A DNA stretch of 60,596 nucleotides from Candidatus Eiseniibacteriota bacterium (lineage in GTDB: Bacteria > Eisenbacteria > RBG-16-71-46), in the NCBI GenBank assembly GCA_013140805.1, contig JABFRW010000023.1, positions 1 to 60,596 of the forward strand. The letters are read 5' to 3'. Made by a program: the position numbers and the translations under genes. Under the pieces are notes generated by a model, which was not told the origin of the DNA, made no database searches, and saw only the letters and a program-made list of their open reading frames with translations. Position 1 is the first letter of the stretch. The number at the start of each line of letters is the position of its first letter. Below are positions 58,633 to 60,596 of this stretch, in pieces.

Positions 58633-60552
58633 CTACGGCCGTGAAGGGCCCTTCAAACCCCAACATTCCTTGATTTCAAAAGGCACCTCGTGGACACGAA
58701 CGCCCTTTGACCGCGAATCCGGTTTGGCTCGCGCCAAGAGCTCGCGCTGAGCCATGAGCTTCTCCTCCGAAATCCTCACTAGCCCTTCCTCGCCAAACTG
58801 CCGTTGCAAGTCGTCTCTCAGCAAAAGCTCCAGCAATCGGCGCATGCGGCTTTCGACGCCGCTTTCGTCCAACCGTGCAGCAAACATCAGTGGCCTTCTC
58901 ATGAGAATTAGGTCGGCACCATGGTGCACCGCCACGATCTTCACGTGGTCACCTCGCACGAAGGACCGCTCCGACAAACCCAACGCGTCTTCGCGCACTG
59001 CGACGAATGAGTCGGGGATGGATGCGATCCAGGGCGTCCTGCCTGGGGAGTTCTCTAAGAACCTCCACATGGCGTAGCCTGCCCCTGGACTCAAGCACCT
59101 TTCGATCAGTTTCATGCTCCCCGACTCCAGATCCTCTTTTCGCGCGGGCACGAAGACCACCACCCGTCGGCCGCGCCACGCTGGATCCTTGACGCCCAAG
59201 TCACCCCACGTCAGGTTCTCGGGTCGATCGGGTGCCCGCGCGAACAACAGCCTCTGGAGATCCTCGACCCGGATCTGCCTAATCGGGTTGCTCGCATGGA
59301 CGCAAAGGACCATCTCCCCGAAGGCCACGGTCACATAGGCCAAGTTTACGCCTCTGTAGCGCGGCTCTTCCTCGACCAGGTCATCCGGATGGCGCGACAT
59401 CATGCCGCCATCCATCGTCGGGTCTTCGAGAAGACTCTGAAGGGCATTCTCACTGCCTTCTCTCGCGGGTTCACTGACTGAGATTCCGGTTTCCTCCTCG
59501 ATCTTTGAGCGCCGCGGATTGATGATGGCCTCAATCACAGTCTCGCTGCCAACCAGCCTGTAGGGCGGCTCTGGATTCGGCAGTGGCTTGGGCCAAAACG
59601 TCCACGCCACGAAGCCCAGCACGCCCGCTGCGAGTAGGGCGAGCATTGTATTCCGCGCTTTCACTTCTCCCGCCGATTCAATGCCGACGAGACGACTGCC
59701 CGCACTGGCGCACACATCGTCCAGCACGCTCCGGACCGTCGGGTAGCGGCGCTCCGGATCGCGGCATGTACATTGTCGGATGATACGCCGCAGCGATCTC
59801 GTGAGCGGGTCTCTCGCGTGAGCGAGCTCCCCGACATCAGGGGTGGGATGAAATTCGATCTCCGGATCTCGCTCGATCAGCAGGAACAGCAGCAGCCTGC
59901 CGAGGCTGTACACGTCGGCGCTCGCGTCGCGGCGGCCGCGCTTCGACAGTTGCTCGGGCGCCGAATAGGCGATCGTGCCGGGTTCACGGACTGACAACGT
60001 GTGGAGAAACACTGGGTCGGCGATGTCGAAATCCATCAGCACCGGCCTTTGCCGCTCGTCCAATACGATGTTCGCCGGCTTCACGTCGCGATGAAGCACG
60101 TGTTGCTCGTGGGCGAAAGCTACAGCCTCGCAAACTTGCTGGAAGATCACGAGCTTGTGTTCGAGGCTCCAGCCCAGAGTGTTGATCTGCGTCAGGTCGC
60201 CGCCGGGGATGTACGGCATCGAAAACGCCAGTCCGCTGGGCTCAACCTGATCCAGCGGGATGATGGAAGCCGGCCTTCCCTCGGCGTTGCCGAGATGCTG
60301 CATGGCGTGGACGCCGCGGCGGAATTGGTGCATCGCGCTTTCCACCGCCAACCGATCCACGTCGAAGATCTTGATCGCGCGCCGGACGTTGTCAGCAATG
60401 TTGGTGCCTTCCCATACAGTGCTGTAATGCCCTCGGGCGATGACGCGCTGCAGCCGCGCGCCGCAAACCAGATAGTGCAACGCGCTTTCTGTAATTTCAC
60501 AGGTTCCTACCTGTCGCTCTCTGCGTTGATGTAGGTCCGTTCGGTTTCCCAC
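58633..60552 (-). CDS. membrane Ser/Thr protein kinase with extracytoplasmic PstS-like (PBP type 2) domain
   Basis: VLHRDVKPANIVL catalytic loop, DFDIAD in place of DFG, and TIAYSAPEQ. TM helix MLALLAAGVLGFVAWTFW. The C-terminal ~300 aa carry VTVAFGEMVLCVHASNPIRQIRVEDLQRLLF...TWGDLG, reminiscent of phosphate-binding PstS-family proteins. Confidence 0.75.
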   Translation of the reverse strand: MGNRTDLHQRRERQVGTCEITESALHYLVCGARLQRVIARGHYSTVWEGTNIADNVRRAIKIFDVDRLAVESAMHQFRRGVHAMQHLGNAEGRPASIIPLDQVEPSGLAFSMPYIPGGDLTQINTLGWSLEHKLVIFQQVCEAVAFAHEQHVLHRDVKPANIVLDERQRPVLMDFDIADPVFLHTLSVREPGTIAYSAPEQLSKRGRRDASADVYSLGRLLLFLLIERDPEIEFHPTPDVGELAHARDPLTRSLRRIIRQCTCRDPERRYPTVRSVLDDVCASAGSRLVGIESAGEVKARNTMLALLAAGVLGFVAWTFWPKPLPNPEPPYRLVGSETVIEAIINPRRSKIEEETGISVSEPAREGSENALQSLLEDPTMDGGMMSRHPDDLVEEEPRYRGVNLAYVTVAFGEMVLCVHASNPIRQIRVEDLQRLLFARAPDRPENLTWGDLGVKDPAWRGRRVVVFVPARKEDLESGSMKLIERCLSPGAGYAMWRFLENSPGRTPWIASIPDSFVAVREDALGLSERSFVRGDHVKIVAVHHGADLILMRRPLMFAARLDESGVESRMRRLLELLLRDDLQRQFGEEGLVRISEEKLMAQRELLARAKPDSRSKGVRVHEVPFEIKECWGLKGPSRP

Positions 60553-60596
60553 TCGTCACTGGCTTCGGCGAGGATGGCGGTGACGAGTCTCAGCAG

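Noticed and set aside
1-60596. CRISPR arrays, rRNA genes, retron/DGR reverse transcriptases, additional tRNAs
   Set aside because: Scanning by eye found no regularly spaced short direct repeats outside the intragenic 144-nt array, no rRNA-like conserved blocks and no RT motifs (YxDD). The only cloverleaf is at 41247..41323. This is a manual scan, so small features could have been missed.

Overview
High-GC bacterial chromosome segment: my hand counts of sample 60-nt lines give about 70% GC on the left and about 57% in parts of the right third. The FlgD/T9SS-like C-terminal tails on several secreted repeat proteins suggest an uncultured Gemmatimonadota- or Eisenbacteria-like lineage, but that is only a guess.

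Positions 1-25.3 kb look like ordinary core and envelope genes:
- a BlaI/BlaR1-like pair, two DoxX genes and a histidine phosphatase
- a DoxX / BNR-propeller / MoaD-ThiS (C-terminal GG) operon
- a 1166-aa FG-GAP protein and a ytxG/ytxH-like pair
- a 4-gene synthase-dependent exopolysaccharide operon (TPR-glycosidase-like, TPR porin, HEAT, GT2 synthase)
- a thiamine pyrophosphate (TPP) enzyme next to an SRPBCC-SRPBCC-P450 fusion
- a LytS/LytTR two-component pair and engB

From about 25.3 kb onward the window is a mosaic of accreted accessory DNA:
- an integrase scar directly upstream of engB
- a HigBA-like toxin-antitoxin pair, four DUF1801 paralogues and a 14-blade tandem-repeat propeller
- an intact integrase (33.5 kb) and several gene remnants (YihY, Ser/Thr kinase, GNAT, AraC)
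- a tRNA-Arg(CCT) at 41247..41323 whose 3' 45 nt are exactly duplicated at 37062..37106, which brackets a 4.1-kb integrase-less islet. The islet encodes a sulfide/persulfide module: SQR-like oxidoreductase, DsrE-like protein, ArsR-rhodanese, a frameshifted rhodanese, and an ArsM-like methyltransferase with an in-frame TGA at a conserved Cys position.
- on the other side of the tRNA, an int-xis module opening an integrative mobilisable element of about 15 kb. It carries SSB, a replication-relaxation protein, a split T4CP-like ATPase, RadC and DUF932.

Both ends of that element carry HEPN-containing candidate defence cargo. The best candidate for an uncharacterised system is the DUF3825 / DUF262 / HEPN three-gene operon at 52.8-55.3 kb. 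The second is a membrane protein plus a large HEPN protein at 42.5-44.3 kb.

The window ends with an IS21-family element that has a 6-bp target duplication, and a Ser/Thr kinase fused to a PstS-like binding domain. I saw no rRNA and no CRISPR array. All family calls come from motif recognition by eye and need HMM or BLAST confirmation.
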